DNA from: Phycisphaerae bacterium | GTDB taxonomy: Bacteria; Planctomycetota; Phycisphaerae; UBA1845 | Reading direction: 5' to 3' | Length of the DNA: 64,000 nt | NCBI GenBank assembly: GCA_963666835.2 | Contig: CAXXGO010000006.1 | Span: 1,376,001 to 1,440,000, forward strand | Shown: one piece after another, positions 39,070 through 49,254 of the stretch | Position numbering within the stretch: position 1 is the stretch's first letter | How the letters are laid out: every line of letters begins with the position of its first letter | The notes under the pieces: model-generated | Told to the model about the DNA's origin: nothing | The model's input: the letters and a program-made list of their open reading frames with translations, nothing else | The model's database searches: none | Made by a program: the position numbers and the translations under genes

Positions 39070-39851
39070 GGGACAGTCACCTATTTACCGGTTCCTTTCT
39101 GTATGACCGTCGTGCCTTCTCCGTTGGCACGTGGCTTCCTGGGGCGGCCCACGGGTAGGGGGCGGAGCCGACGGTTCAGCTTATGTTCAAGCTTACTCAA
39201 GAACGAGTCGCTGGCCAGCGGTCGTCCGCGGTGGGTGCATCTGCGCAGCTTGGTGGAGTCCTCCGGGTCGTCGGGCTCCCGCAGGACTTCCCGCCACTTC
39301 TCCGGCTTCCATTCGGCGGCCCAGGCGGTCAGATCAAGCTGGCCGCTGGGGTCCGGCTCGCCGACGTGGGCGGGCGCGCTCGACCACGGGTATCGCCACG
39401 GCAGGCGGACGATCTTCGCCCGGACGGGGTTCCGCTCGACGTACCGCATCGCCCGCCACAGGTGCAAGTCGTCGAGCGTGCAAGAGTAGAAGCGATTCTG
39501 CCACAGATGTCCGCTCCTGCGGTGGGTACGGTTGATGTATTGGGTATACCGGAAATGAGCCCGGCCGACGGCCTTGGCGAGCGACTCTTCGCGTGCGGGC
39601 ACGGCGATGAGGTGCAGGTGGTTGGTCATCAGGCAATAGCCGAGTACCGGAAGGCCGAATCGCTGCGACTCCTCTCGGAGCATTGCCAGATACACGCGGC
39701 GGTCATCGTCAGTGAAGAAGACGTCCTGCCGGTTGTTCCCGCGCTGGACCACATGGTGCGGCATCTGCGGCATCACGATTCTGGCAACCCGAGGCATAAG
39801 CTTGATCCTACGAGTTCCGGCAGGCAACGTCAAGAAATAGGTGACTGTCCC
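39070..39851 (-). mobile_element. Y1 transposase element bounded by perfect 17-bp inverted repeats (TIRtron-like)
   Basis: GGGACAGTCACCTATTT (39070-39086) and AAATAGGTGACTGTCCC (39835-39851) bracket the transposase; its stop codon lies inside the left repeat. Confidence 0.8.
39081..39797 (-). CDS. HUH Y1 (IS200/RAYT-superfamily) tyrosine transposase
   Basis: MPR.AR....PHHVVQRGNNRQ.VF, YCLMTNHLHL (HUH), HLWQNRFYS, catalytic YVERNPVRA, YPWSS. Confidence 0.93.
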   Translation of the reverse strand: MPRVARIVMPQMPHHVVQRGNNRQDVFFTDDDRRVYLAMLREESQRFGLPVLGYCLMTNHLHLIAVPAREESLAKAVGRAHFRYTQYINRTHRRSGHLWQNRFYSCTLDDLHLWRAMRYVERNPVRAKIVRLPWRYPWSSAPAHVGEPDPSGQLDLTAWAAEWKPEKWREVLREPDDPEDSTKLRRCTHRGRPLASDSFLSKLEHKLNRRLRPLPVGRPRKPRANGEGTTVIQKGTGK

Positions 39852-39860
39852 GGGTTTTTG

Positions 39861-40327
39861 GGAAATGAGCCCGGCCGACAGCCTTGGCGAGCGACTCTTC
39901 GCGTGCGGGCACGGCAATGAGGTGAAGGTGGTTGGTCATCAGGCAATAGCCGACAACCTGCAGGCCGAATCGCTGCGATTCCTCTCGGAGCATTGCCAGA
40001 TAGACGCGGCGGTCATCGTCAGTGAAGAAGACGCTCTGCCGGTTGTTCCCGCGCTGGACCACATGGTGCGGCATCTGCGGCATCACGATTCTGGCAACCC
40101 GAGGCATGAGCTTGATCCTACGAGTTCCGGCAGGCAACGTCAAGAAATAGGTGACTGTCCCGGGTTTTTCACGAGTTCCGGCAGGCAACGTCAAGAAATC
40201 GGTGACTGTCCCGGGTTTTTTCTGGCAACCCGAGGCATGAGCTTGATCCTACGAGTTCCGGCAGGCAACGTCAAGAAATAGGTGACTGTCCCGGCTTTTT
40301 GTCCCGGCTTTTTGTCCCGGCTTTTTC
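39861..40327 (-). repeat. Three nested partial copies of the transposase 5' end plus end motif, then micro-repeats
   Basis: 39861-40161 matches 39551-39851; 40171-40212 matches 39810-39851; 40220-40292 matches 39779-39851; followed by (GGCTTTTTGTCCC)x2. Confidence 0.92.
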
Positions 40328-41022
40328 CAGGAGGCCTCCGGTCGGACGTCCCCTGCCCAGTCTACGGGATTATCCTTAAGTGGATCCCCGGCACCCTCGT
40401 CGGCCCAATGGGACGTCTTCCGGAAGTTGCGAGTTGCCCCAACACATATGGGGTTTTCCTGGCAAGGGAATAAACTCTTTGACATATGCCTGACGCACAT
40501 ATAGCCGGTGACGCCGCAATATCGCCGTTTCAGTGACCCAGATGGAGGTGCCCGCCCGTTGAGGGCGGTGTATGGTAAAGGAGCCAAAAATAGTCGCCTT
40601 CCGGGACTGTTCAACTTGTGGCTGTCTTTCGACGAACTTGTTTATAGTCAAGTCCCGCGAAAGTCCAACTCCCGTGTTTAAGCGAGAGCAGACTTGATGG
40701 ACTCGGTTGTGTCGTTGTATGGGCCACTCATATGCCCTGCGGTTAGGAAAGACCGGGCCCAGAGGCGTGGGGACGGCAGAGCATTCGCCGAACTTGCTGA
40801 ATGCCCGAGCGAAGCCCATACGAATGACTCGGGTGTTGTTTGACGCGGCCCGTGGCGTCTATGGGGCGTTGTTCATACAGACCTGATATTCGCCGGGCAG
40901 TGCGGGGTCATGTTGTTGCACGGCCATATTCAGGCAAGAGGCTCGCGGAACATCCCGCGATCTCGGTTGATGGGGATCTTGCTAGAAAACCAGTCTCGTT
41001 TTGTGATAAAGGGGTTCGGATT

Positions 41023-43722
41023 ATGGCTACGAGTCTTACTATAGGGAAGAAGATCGGCTTGGGGTTTGGGGTGGTGTTGGCCCTGTTGGCGGCTGTGGTG
41101 ACGATCTCCTACAGGAGCGTTGTGAAGATCGGCGACAGTATTCCCGGTAAGATCCTCGATGGCAATTTGGCTCAGAATGAGGTGGACCACCTTAACTGGG
41201 CTAACGAAGTTAGTTCGTTGCTGACCCACGATGACGTTACCGAGCTGTCTGTCGAAACGGACGGGCACAAATGCGCTTTCGGGAAGTGGCTGTATGGCGA
41301 TGGTCGGCAGGATGCTGAAACGCTAGTCCCTTCGATTGCGCCGTTGTTGGCAGAGATCGAGGAGCCCCACGCAGAACTGCATGCTTCCGCTATCGAGATA
41401 GGTGAACACTTCAAGCAAGCTGATGCGACGCTGCCCGGGATTCTGGCGGAGCGTGAGGTGGATCATCTCATCTGTGCCGACAAGGTCAACCGCTTGTTTC
41501 TGAAGAACCTGGCCCAACTCGTTGATGTCCCCACGGACCCTCACAAGTGTGCGTTGGGGGTGTGGCTGGAAAGCGAGCAAGTCCGTAAGGCCTCAGAGGC
41601 CGACCCCGAGCTCGCCCGCTTGTTCGAAGCGCTGAAAGAACCGCACGCTAGAGTACACGCCTCCATCGCAGATATCCAGAATGCCTACAAGCCGGTGCAT
41701 CCCGGGTTGACCGACACCCTTAGGCTCCGACTCGACGATCACCATCGGTGGGCTGCGATGATTTCTGATGGGCTTCTCAATAACCAGAAGGTCGAAGTTG
41801 AAGTCGACCCGACCCAATGCGCCTTCGGCAGGTGGCTGGCGGGGGACGAGTGCAAGCGATTATGCGCCGAGTGGCCGGAATTCGATGCGGCCGTCAAAGA
41901 GATCACCGAATATCATAATCAACTGCACACCTCGGCCGGGCAGATTGCGCAGAAGTGGAGAAAAATCCACGCCGGACTCGAGGGGAAGCTGAAGAGTCAA
42001 CTCGACGACCATCGTCGATGGGCCGCGGAGGTAAGTACCGCGCTTTTGACCAACCGGAAGATCGACGTGCAGACCGACCCGACCAAGTGTGCGTTTGGTA
42101 TGTGGCTGGCCGGGAGCGAGTGCCGCGAGCTTTGCGATGAGTGGCCCGAGTTTGCCGACGTGATCGAAGAGGTGCGAGTACACCATGATAAACTCCATGC
42201 ATCGGCCGCCAAGATCGCCGAAACGGCGGATCGCGACGGCAAGATCAGGATCTACGAGCAGGAGACGCTTACCGAGCTGGATGCGGTCAGTGAGCATTTC
42301 GAAGAGGCGATTGCACTCGAGGACCGCAATGTGAAGGGTAGTGAGGAAGCGGAGCGGATCTACCGGACTGTGACCCTGCCTGCGCTGAGCGCTGTGGCCG
42401 AGTCCTTCGACCACGTAATCGGGCTCGAGGAGAAGTTGGTCGAGGCCAACCACAACGCCCAGGAGATCTTCGAGGGACAGACCCTGGTAGCGTTGGATCA
42501 GATGCGAGATGCGATCCACGAATGCCGCGACCACGCCGTGGATGCTCTCGAGGGCATGCATCATGCCCAGCATACCTTCGCGTTGAAGACTATGCCCAGT
42601 CTCCAGAATACGCAGAAGCTACTCCACAACATCCGCGAGGAGGTTAAGCGGAACGTCATGAGCGACGAGGCCGTGCTGGCTGCGGCCCGGGATACCAAGG
42701 AGAACGTCACCCTCGTTGGGGTCATTGCCGTCCTTGGCGGCGCTTTGTTGGCATTCTTCATCGCCCGCGGGATCATCAAGAAGTTGACCCGGATTATTGG
42801 CGGGCTCAACGATGGGGCGGATCAGGTCAACGCCGCCGCCGGGCAGGTGTCGAGCGCGTCCCAACAGCTTGCCGCAGGGGCGAGCGAACAAGCATCGTCG
42901 CTGGAGGAGACGTCCAGTGCCCTGGAACAGATGGCGGCTATGACTCGAACGAATGCAGCCAACGCCAAGGAGGCTAACGAATTGTCCGCGCGGTCTCATC
43001 GAGATGCCGGTAGCGGCAACGAGACCATGGGGGCGATCTCGGAGTCGTCCGGCCAGATCAGCAAGATCATCAAGGTGATCGAGGAGATCGCTTTCCAGAC
43101 TAATCTGCTGGCGTTGAATGCGGCCGTGGAAGCCGCCCGGGCCGGGGAGCACGGCAAAGGGTTTGCTGTGGTCGCGGATGAAGTTCGCAATCTGGCGCAA
43201 CGTGCGGCCCAGGCGTCTCGGGAGATCACCGGGCTCATCGAGGACTCGGTCAGCAGAGCGAAAGAGGGCACCGATGCGATGCAGGCGATCGTCGGCGGGG
43301 TGGCCAAAGTGAGCGAACTGATCGACGGTATTGCCACGGCCAGCGAGGAACAGGCCCAGGGAGTCGATCAGGTCAACACGGCCGTGTCCCAGATGGACAA
43401 GGTCACTCAGCAGAACGCGGCCGGAGCGGAGGAATCCGCTAGTGCGGCCGAGGAGCTCAGCGCGCAGGCGGCTGCAGTAAAGAGCATGGTGGACGAGCTG
43501 TCGGCGATGGTGGGCGGGAACAAACTTCGGAGTACGGCGCGCCCCGTACGCTCGCCGAAGCGGAACACGCCGGAGCGGCATTACGGCTCAATAGAGAGGC
43601 GATTGCGGCGGGGGCCGTGCGCCAAGGCGGCGGGCGATCTTGGCGAAACGAAGCTGATGGACCAAGGTGGATTCACTGATGAACCCCTCTTGGCGGACAG
43701 CGCGGAGCTGCAGGAATTCTGA
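41023..43722 (+). CDS. Methyl-accepting chemotaxis protein with four CZB-type motif sets
   Basis: TM1 [10 protein letters not shown]..., four H...C(A)(F/L)G.WL...H..(L/V)H sets, TM2 [10 protein letters not shown]..., signalling core [34 protein letters not shown]. Confidence 0.93.
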   Translation: MATSLTIGKKIGLGFGVVLALLAAVVTISYRSVVKIGDSIPGKILDGNLAQNEVDHLNWANEVSSLLTHDDVTELSVETDGHKCAFGKWLYGDGRQDAETLVPSIAPLLAEIEEPHAELHASAIEIGEHFKQADATLPGILAEREVDHLICADKVNRLFLKNLAQLVDVPTDPHKCALGVWLESEQVRKASEADPELARLFEALKEPHARVHASIADIQNAYKPVHPGLTDTLRLRLDDHHRWAAMISDGLLNNQKVEVEVDPTQCAFGRWLAGDECKRLCAEWPEFDAAVKEITEYHNQLHTSAGQIAQKWRKIHAGLEGKLKSQLDDHRRWAAEVSTALLTNRKIDVQTDPTKCAFGMWLAGSECRELCDEWPEFADVIEEVRVHHDKLHASAAKIAETADRDGKIRIYEQETLTELDAVSEHFEEAIALEDRNVKGSEEAERIYRTVTLPALSAVAESFDHVIGLEEKLVEANHNAQEIFEGQTLVALDQMRDAIHECRDHAVDALEGMHHAQHTFALKTMPSLQNTQKLLHNIREEVKRNVMSDEAVLAAARDTKENVTLVGVIAVLGGALLAFFIARGIIKKLTRIIGGLNDGADQVNAAAGQVSSASQQLAAGASEQASSLEETSSALEQMAAMTRTNAANAKEANELSARSHRDAGSGNETMGAISESSGQISKIIKVIEEIAFQTNLLALNAAVEAARAGEHGKGFAVVADEVRNLAQRAAQASREITGLIEDSVSRAKEGTDAMQAIVGGVAKVSELIDGIATASEEQAQGVDQVNTAVSQMDKVTQQNAAGAEESASAAEELSAQAAAVKSMVDELSAMVGGNKLRSTARPVRSPKRNTPERHYGSIERRLRRGPCAKAAGDLGETKLMDQGGFTDEPLLADSAELQEF

Positions 43723-44024
43723 TAGAAGTTCTCAGAGTCATGGTCTTTGGGGGCGCCGGTTTCTCCGAGTTTCTCCGGCGTCCCCTTGGCCTGACCCTCG
43801 CGACGGGAAGCAGTCCCCGATTCACCCTTACCGATACCCGCCAGCCGTTGATCTCGTCACTTCGCGGAAGCACGCCGGATACTAGCCGCGTCAGCCCGGT
43901 CGGGTTCTGCCTACTGGGTTTGGCCAGCAGTGGCTTCTCCCTTGTTGTCGATTATCATGTATCGATCATAGAATGTCCTCTCCCCCGCCCAAACGTGATG
44001 GGGAGAGGCTGGGGAGTCTCACCG

Positions 44025-44888
44025 GTGCCTGACGAAACTGCCATTCCGGCTCGGATTCACGTTCTGCTTGCCCGGAACGCCTCCACGGGGGTAGTTATCC
44101 GCCGAGGGCCGTCGAAGAGGGTCTGCACTATCGGCTGGCATCGACGAACCGACGAGTTCAAGGTTGGTCAATGGCTCAAAGGGCGAATCTACGAACGGCG
44201 GAGCGACCTGTCGCCTGATGGAAAGTACCTCATTTACTTCGCTATGAACGGGGCGTGGAAGTCCGAGACGCAGGGGTCATGGACTGCCATCTCGCGGGCA
44301 CCGTATCTCAAGGCGGTCGGGCTCTGGGCCAAGGGTGATTGCTGGCATGGGGGTGGGTTGTTCACGGCCGACGATTCCTACTGGATCAACAGCGGCCCGT
44401 ACCCTTATCGCGAGATAAGAACGCCGGATTGGCTGTGTCGGGTGGGCGACTATCCTGGTCAAGGCGACTACGGTAGCGAATGCCGCGGGGTCTATTACCT
44501 GCGCCTGCAGCGCGATGGGTGGACACTCGTCGCTCAGTGCCGTGTTGCCAAACGCGATACGATCGACGTGTTCGAGAAACCGATAGATGCAACGTGGACT
44601 CTCCGGAAGCTTGCCCGAGTTAACGCAGACGATCGCGCCGGTAACGGCGGCTATTTCGATGAACACGAGCTGGTGAACCGGAATACGGGGGCCGCGACCG
44701 ATTGCCGTTCCTGGGAATGGGCGGATCTTGATGGGACGCGGTTGGTGTGGAGTGACGTCGGCAAGCTCTACGCGGGGCGGGTTACCGAGGATGGTTTGGG
44801 GCAAACCACGCTACTCTGCGATTTCAACCCGATGGAGTTTGAGCCTCTTACGGCACCGTATGATGTCGATGGCTACATGCGTGAGTGA
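44025..44888 (+). CDS. Hypothetical Trp/Gly-rich protein, possible beta-propeller
   Basis: GGGGAG RBS before GTG 44025; SDLSPDGKYLIYFA motif; protein-like composition. Confidence 0.65.
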   Translation: MPDETAIPARIHVLLARNASTGVVIRRGPSKRVCTIGWHRRTDEFKVGQWLKGRIYERRSDLSPDGKYLIYFAMNGAWKSETQGSWTAISRAPYLKAVGLWAKGDCWHGGGLFTADDSYWINSGPYPYREIRTPDWLCRVGDYPGQGDYGSECRGVYYLRLQRDGWTLVAQCRVAKRDTIDVFEKPIDATWTLRKLARVNADDRAGNGGYFDEHELVNRNTGAATDCRSWEWADLDGTRLVWSDVGKLYAGRVTEDGLGQTTLLCDFNPMEFEPLTAPYDVDGYMRE

Positions 44889-45348
44889 AACGGAACTCTG
44901 TCGAGGAACTGTCAGGGTGTTGACGGCCACTGCCCGTAAGTCTCTCTCCGGCACAACGTCAGCCCCGCCGAACTTGCCCCGGATATCGTTCATGGTTTGG
45001 TCGAATCGAGGGTCGGTTCCTGAAATACCGGATCTAAATAGGTGACTGTCCCGTGTTTTGTCGGGTTTTGTCCCGTCCCGGGTTTTGCCCCGGTTTTGCC
45101 ATAAATAGGTGACTGTCCCCGGTTTTCTCCGGTTTTCTACATGCGTGAGTGAAACGAAACTCTGTCGAGGAACTGTCAGGGTGTTGACGGCCACTGCCCG
45201 TAAGTCTCTCTCCGGCACAACGTCAGCCCCGCCGAACTTGCCCCGGATATCGTTCATGGTTTGGTCGAATCGAGGGTCGGTTCCTGAAATACCGGATCTA
45301 AATAGGTGACTGTCCCGGGTTTTGCCCCGGGTCTTGCCGGGTTTTGTA
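44873..45348. repeat. 180-bp direct repeat ending at the transposase end motif, with micro-repeat linkers
   Basis: 44873-45052 vs 45137-45316 with one mismatch; AAATAGGTGACTGTCCC at 45036, 45103 and 45300. Confidence 0.92.
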
Positions 45349-45370
45349 ACAGGCAATCGTTTGCGGGCGA

Positions 45371-48300
45371 CTATTCGTTTACGTCCAGCCCGCTGCCGAA
45401 GGCTTGCTGGAAGATTGCCAAATCCCGGAGATCCACGTCGCCGTCTTGGACAAAATCGATCCAGCCGCAGCAGGGATCGGCATACAGCGGAGGCTCGCAC
45501 GGCGAGGGGTCACACGGATCCGTTACGCACACGAGCCAAGAGGGCCAATCGGGCAGGTTGATGATGCGATCATCGCTGAAGTCGCCGCGCACGTCACATT
45601 CGTCGGGGTGGGCATTCTCGTTGCAGTCCGGTGCACCACCAATAACGATCTCCTCCGTATCACTTTGATGGTTACCGTTGCAGTCGTTGAAGCAGGTAAT
45701 GAGCATCTCTCCGCTGCCTTGGGCACCGTTGTAGCCGCCGATGCGGATCACATAATCGAAGCCCTCTTCAACCGGAAACTCGACAAGAGACCCGAGGCCA
45801 CCGCACTCGTCATCGTTGCATCTCCAAGCCGCCGGCGCCGTGGGACAGGCGCCTCCGTCGTACACTGCCAGCTTTGTGTTGTACGCGCTGGCGCACAGAT
45901 CAACGGTGGCTAGACCCTGGCAGGACGACGTATACCGGTACCATACGTCGTTCTCGACATGAGTGTATCCCGAGAACTCACAAGCTTCCGGTTCATCCGG
46001 TCCGTCGGTCGTGGCCCCCGTATTGCCGAAGAAGTAGTGGCCTTCCGTGAGGGAGGTCGCGTCGGCACAGTCATCGTTGCTCGGCCAGATACGCAGGGCA
46101 AAATCGCCGCCGGCGCACTCGGGATTCGTGATGTCGTTGTTGCACACGTCGGCGTGAATCGAATAATCGCCGGCCACTTCGGGGACTCCCGTCACCAGAC
46201 CGCCGAAGTGATGCACCTGCAGACCCGGCGGGACGCCATTGGCGGCAACAAAGCGCTGACCGCAGCTTCCATGGTACTGTAGCTGGGTCTCATACGGCTG
46301 CCCCTGGAATCCGTCGGGAAGCGTCCCACCGTAGACGGTAAGCGGGTCCGCCACCTCCGCCACCCGTAACGGGAATGTCCCCTGATACAACGGCTGCACA
46401 CCGTAACCGGCGACACGGATGCGGACCTCCTGATCCTGTAGGACGGAAGCGATGGCCGCCGAGCGAAGACCGCAGTCCACGGTCTGATCCGCGTAGTTGT
46501 CGTTACACGTGATCTCCGAGCCGCTGCAATCGTCGTAGAGACTGATCACGGAGTTGACGAGTGTGCCTTGATCGATCTGGCACGTATCCACCCACAGCTC
46601 GCCGTCGCAGCGCGGGGCGTAGGTAAACCACACGTCACTGCTGGTCGGAGCACAGTAGGTCCCGATCGTGCTCGTGTTGGCTCCGGTGTTGTCGGCGATT
46701 GTGGTCCCCTCGGAAACCGGGAAGGCCTCCTCGCATATTTCGTTGGCCGGGTTGCAGTTTACGTTCGGTGTGCAGGTTCGGCCCCTGGAGAGGTTCAGTC
46801 TGAAGGGGCCGGCTTCGTCCTCGTAACCGTGGACCAGAATGTGGTAGATCATCCCGGGGGCCGCGCACCAGGATACTGATGATTGCACGCCGCAGGCGTC
46901 GTTGTTGTACCCCACGCAGGTCAATCCGCCGCAGCCGCTGCAGAAGACCGTGATTCTAGTGTCGAAGTCCGCCAAACCGCAGGTTGAGGCAGTCATGGTC
47001 GTGCCCGTGCCCAGGACCTTGTACCACACGCCGGGAGCTGTCGGCACGGTATCGGGCTGGTCATCGCAGACGGCGCCCGTGTCCACGGTCATGCGGCCGG
47101 TATTGCCGGGTGTGACAGAGGGGATGGTCGTGACCTGAACGGCGTCGTCGCAGTCGTCGTTGATCGGCAGAAACTGGTGCTTGAGAGTCAAAGGGTATCC
47201 CTGGTCATCGGCCCCACCACCGACCTGGATGTAGTAGGTCTGGCCGGCATTCAGGCGCAATGCCGGAGGCATGACGCAGGGCCGGTCGCAGTCGTCGAGC
47301 TCGGGGCAATCGGTCGCGCAGATTATCTCATTGGACTCGGTTGCCGGGCAGCCGGTGTGCACGGCGATGAAAGGATCCAACAAGAGAGACCCGGTATCGC
47401 ACAGATTGAGGTAAAGATACCCCTCCACCGGGGCGCTGTACTTGTACCAGACGTTGACGCTTGGTTCGAACGAACTGGCGCAGCTATGGGGTGCGTCGCT
47501 TACGGCCTGGGTGGTTGATCCGGTGACCTCGTACACGCCGGTGAAGACGTGGCGCGGCAGCACCGTATGGTTCGGTGTGATGTTTTGGGCGCTGCCGCAA
47601 ACGTCGTTATCCGGCGGGTTGGGACGCAGGTCTGCCCACCAGATCCATTCCTGCCCATTGGGGTGAATTCCCCGTCCGGCCATTTGTTTACCGTCACCGG
47701 AGATACGAAACACGTCAATGAACTTCCATCCTGCTATTTTGGGAGCCAACCCGGCGGCTTGCAGCACCTGTTCGATGAGCTGCGGGGGGGGGCCGACAAC
47801 CGTTCCCAGATGACACCACGGCTGCCGGACGATCCCCCGATCAGCGAGCCGTCGCGGTTCGTGCAATAGGCTTTGCCGTGTATATCACCCGGCACGAACA
47901 GAGGTAGTATGGTCATAGCGCGTGTAGAGATGGTCCAGTATACGGGGTAATTGGGGTCGTGGTCGGAGTTGATGTAATGGCCCACGACGTAGGCGCCGTT
48001 GCCGGAGATGCCGGCGACAAGAGAACTGTCATCCGGCCCGCATGGACGGGTGTCCTCAAGCTTGTACAGCGTTCCACTGATCGACACGACAGGGCGAAAG
48101 TAATCGCCCAGTTCCCCGCTTACGCCCGCAATGACGCTTCCATCGTCTGAGACGGCGACCATGAAGGAGTCCTCATCGGCACCGTATCCGCAATCGCCGG
48201 CATCCAACCTGCCCAGGTCGGAGATGTTGCCGTTTTGCCACCGGACACCGCGGCGCCAGTACTGCATGAAGGCGGGAGATTCTTCATAGTCGTACCCGAC

Positions 48301-48753
48301 GACTACAGTACCGTCCGGAGTGCTGTCCTGCGGATAGGACTGATCATGCAGTCGCGGCCACTCTGTGAATCCACCTGTCTCATACACAAACGGCTTGACG
48401 TCGTCGATCGGCCAGTTGACCACATGATGCACGCCGGTTTGACAAGCCATGAAGATCTTCGAACCTGTCGCGTTTACTGCACGAGCGAGGCACCCCAGCC
48501 AGTCGGATGCCTGCGAAACGGGAAACGGAAGCCACTCGAGACCGTAAGTTGGCGTCCATCGAAAAGCCTCACGGGCTCCAGGCGCGGGTGACGGCCTGTC
48601 GCCGACAATCACTTGGCCGTTATCGGACAGACCGAAGCTGCGGCCTGCCGGGGAGTTGGGGACGACCGCACGGAAATCGGACGGGTACGCCTGCGTTCCT
48701 GCCAGTGCAGCCAGAATAGCCGCCACAATCGGGCACGGCCGTTTGTTACCCAT
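45371..48753 (-). pseudogene. Large secreted protein (HAF-like repeats + Cys-rich PPC-like modules + dockerin-like tail) frameshifted at a C9 tract
   Basis: ORF 47734-48753 has RBS, signal peptide and S.DG.V..G repeats; ORF 45371-47866 continues in another frame from the G9 run at 47784-47792 (+ strand); NDxCxxA, VWY and C ND modules. Confidence 0.8.
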
Positions 48754-48791
48754 CGCCTTGCTCCTCTTATCAGAATAACCGGAATAACCGG

Positions 48792-49180
48792 GGGACAGTC
48801 ACCTATTCACCGGCTCCTTTCTGTATGACTGTTGTGCCTTCTCCGATGGGGCGCGGTCTTCTGGGGCGACCCACGGGTAGCGGGCGGAGCCGACAGTTCA
48901 GCTTATGCTAGATCTTACTCAAGAACGAGTCGGTGGCCAGCGGTCGTCCGCGGTGGGTGCATCTACGCAGCTTGGCCGAATCTTCCAGGTCGTCGGGCTC
49001 ACGCAGGATTCCCCGCCGCTTTTCCAGCTTCCATTCGCTGGCCCATGCGGTCAGAACAAATTGATGGGTCTGGCCATGTCAACAAATCAGTGACTGTCGC
49101 GGGTTTAACGTAATGCCATAAATAGGTGACTGTCCCCGGTTTTGCACCGGTTTTGCACAGTCCCCGGTTTTGCACAGTAC
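48792..49180 (-). mobile_element. Internally deleted, degenerate copy of the Y1 element (3' gene fragment between end motifs)
   Basis: 48792-~49055 aligns with 39070-~39333 (includes an in-frame stop); variant motif at 49084 and full motif at 49120-49136 followed by CGGTTTTGCAC repeats. Confidence 0.85.
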
Positions 49181-49254
49181 CCAGTCGCAAACCGGTCCTA
49201 CGGACTTCCCCCACGGCTAAAGCCACGGGCCACCCGACCGAGGGTGACGTATTG

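Noticed and set aside
39551..40161. DGR template/variable repeat pair
   Set aside because: Differences are not confined to adenines and are mostly synonymous; no intact reverse transcriptase is visible.
39835..40327. CRISPR-like array built from the recurring 17-bp motif
   Set aside because: Intervening sequences are overlapping copies of the adjacent gene with very unequal lengths; no cas genes in the window.
40700..41020. c-di-GMP riboswitch upstream of the chemoreceptor
   Set aside because: Could not find the class I or class II consensus elements in correct order.
44811..45500. 229-aa minus-strand ORF with internal repeat
   Set aside because: Arises from translating the 180-bp duplication and linkers; at most a gene remnant.
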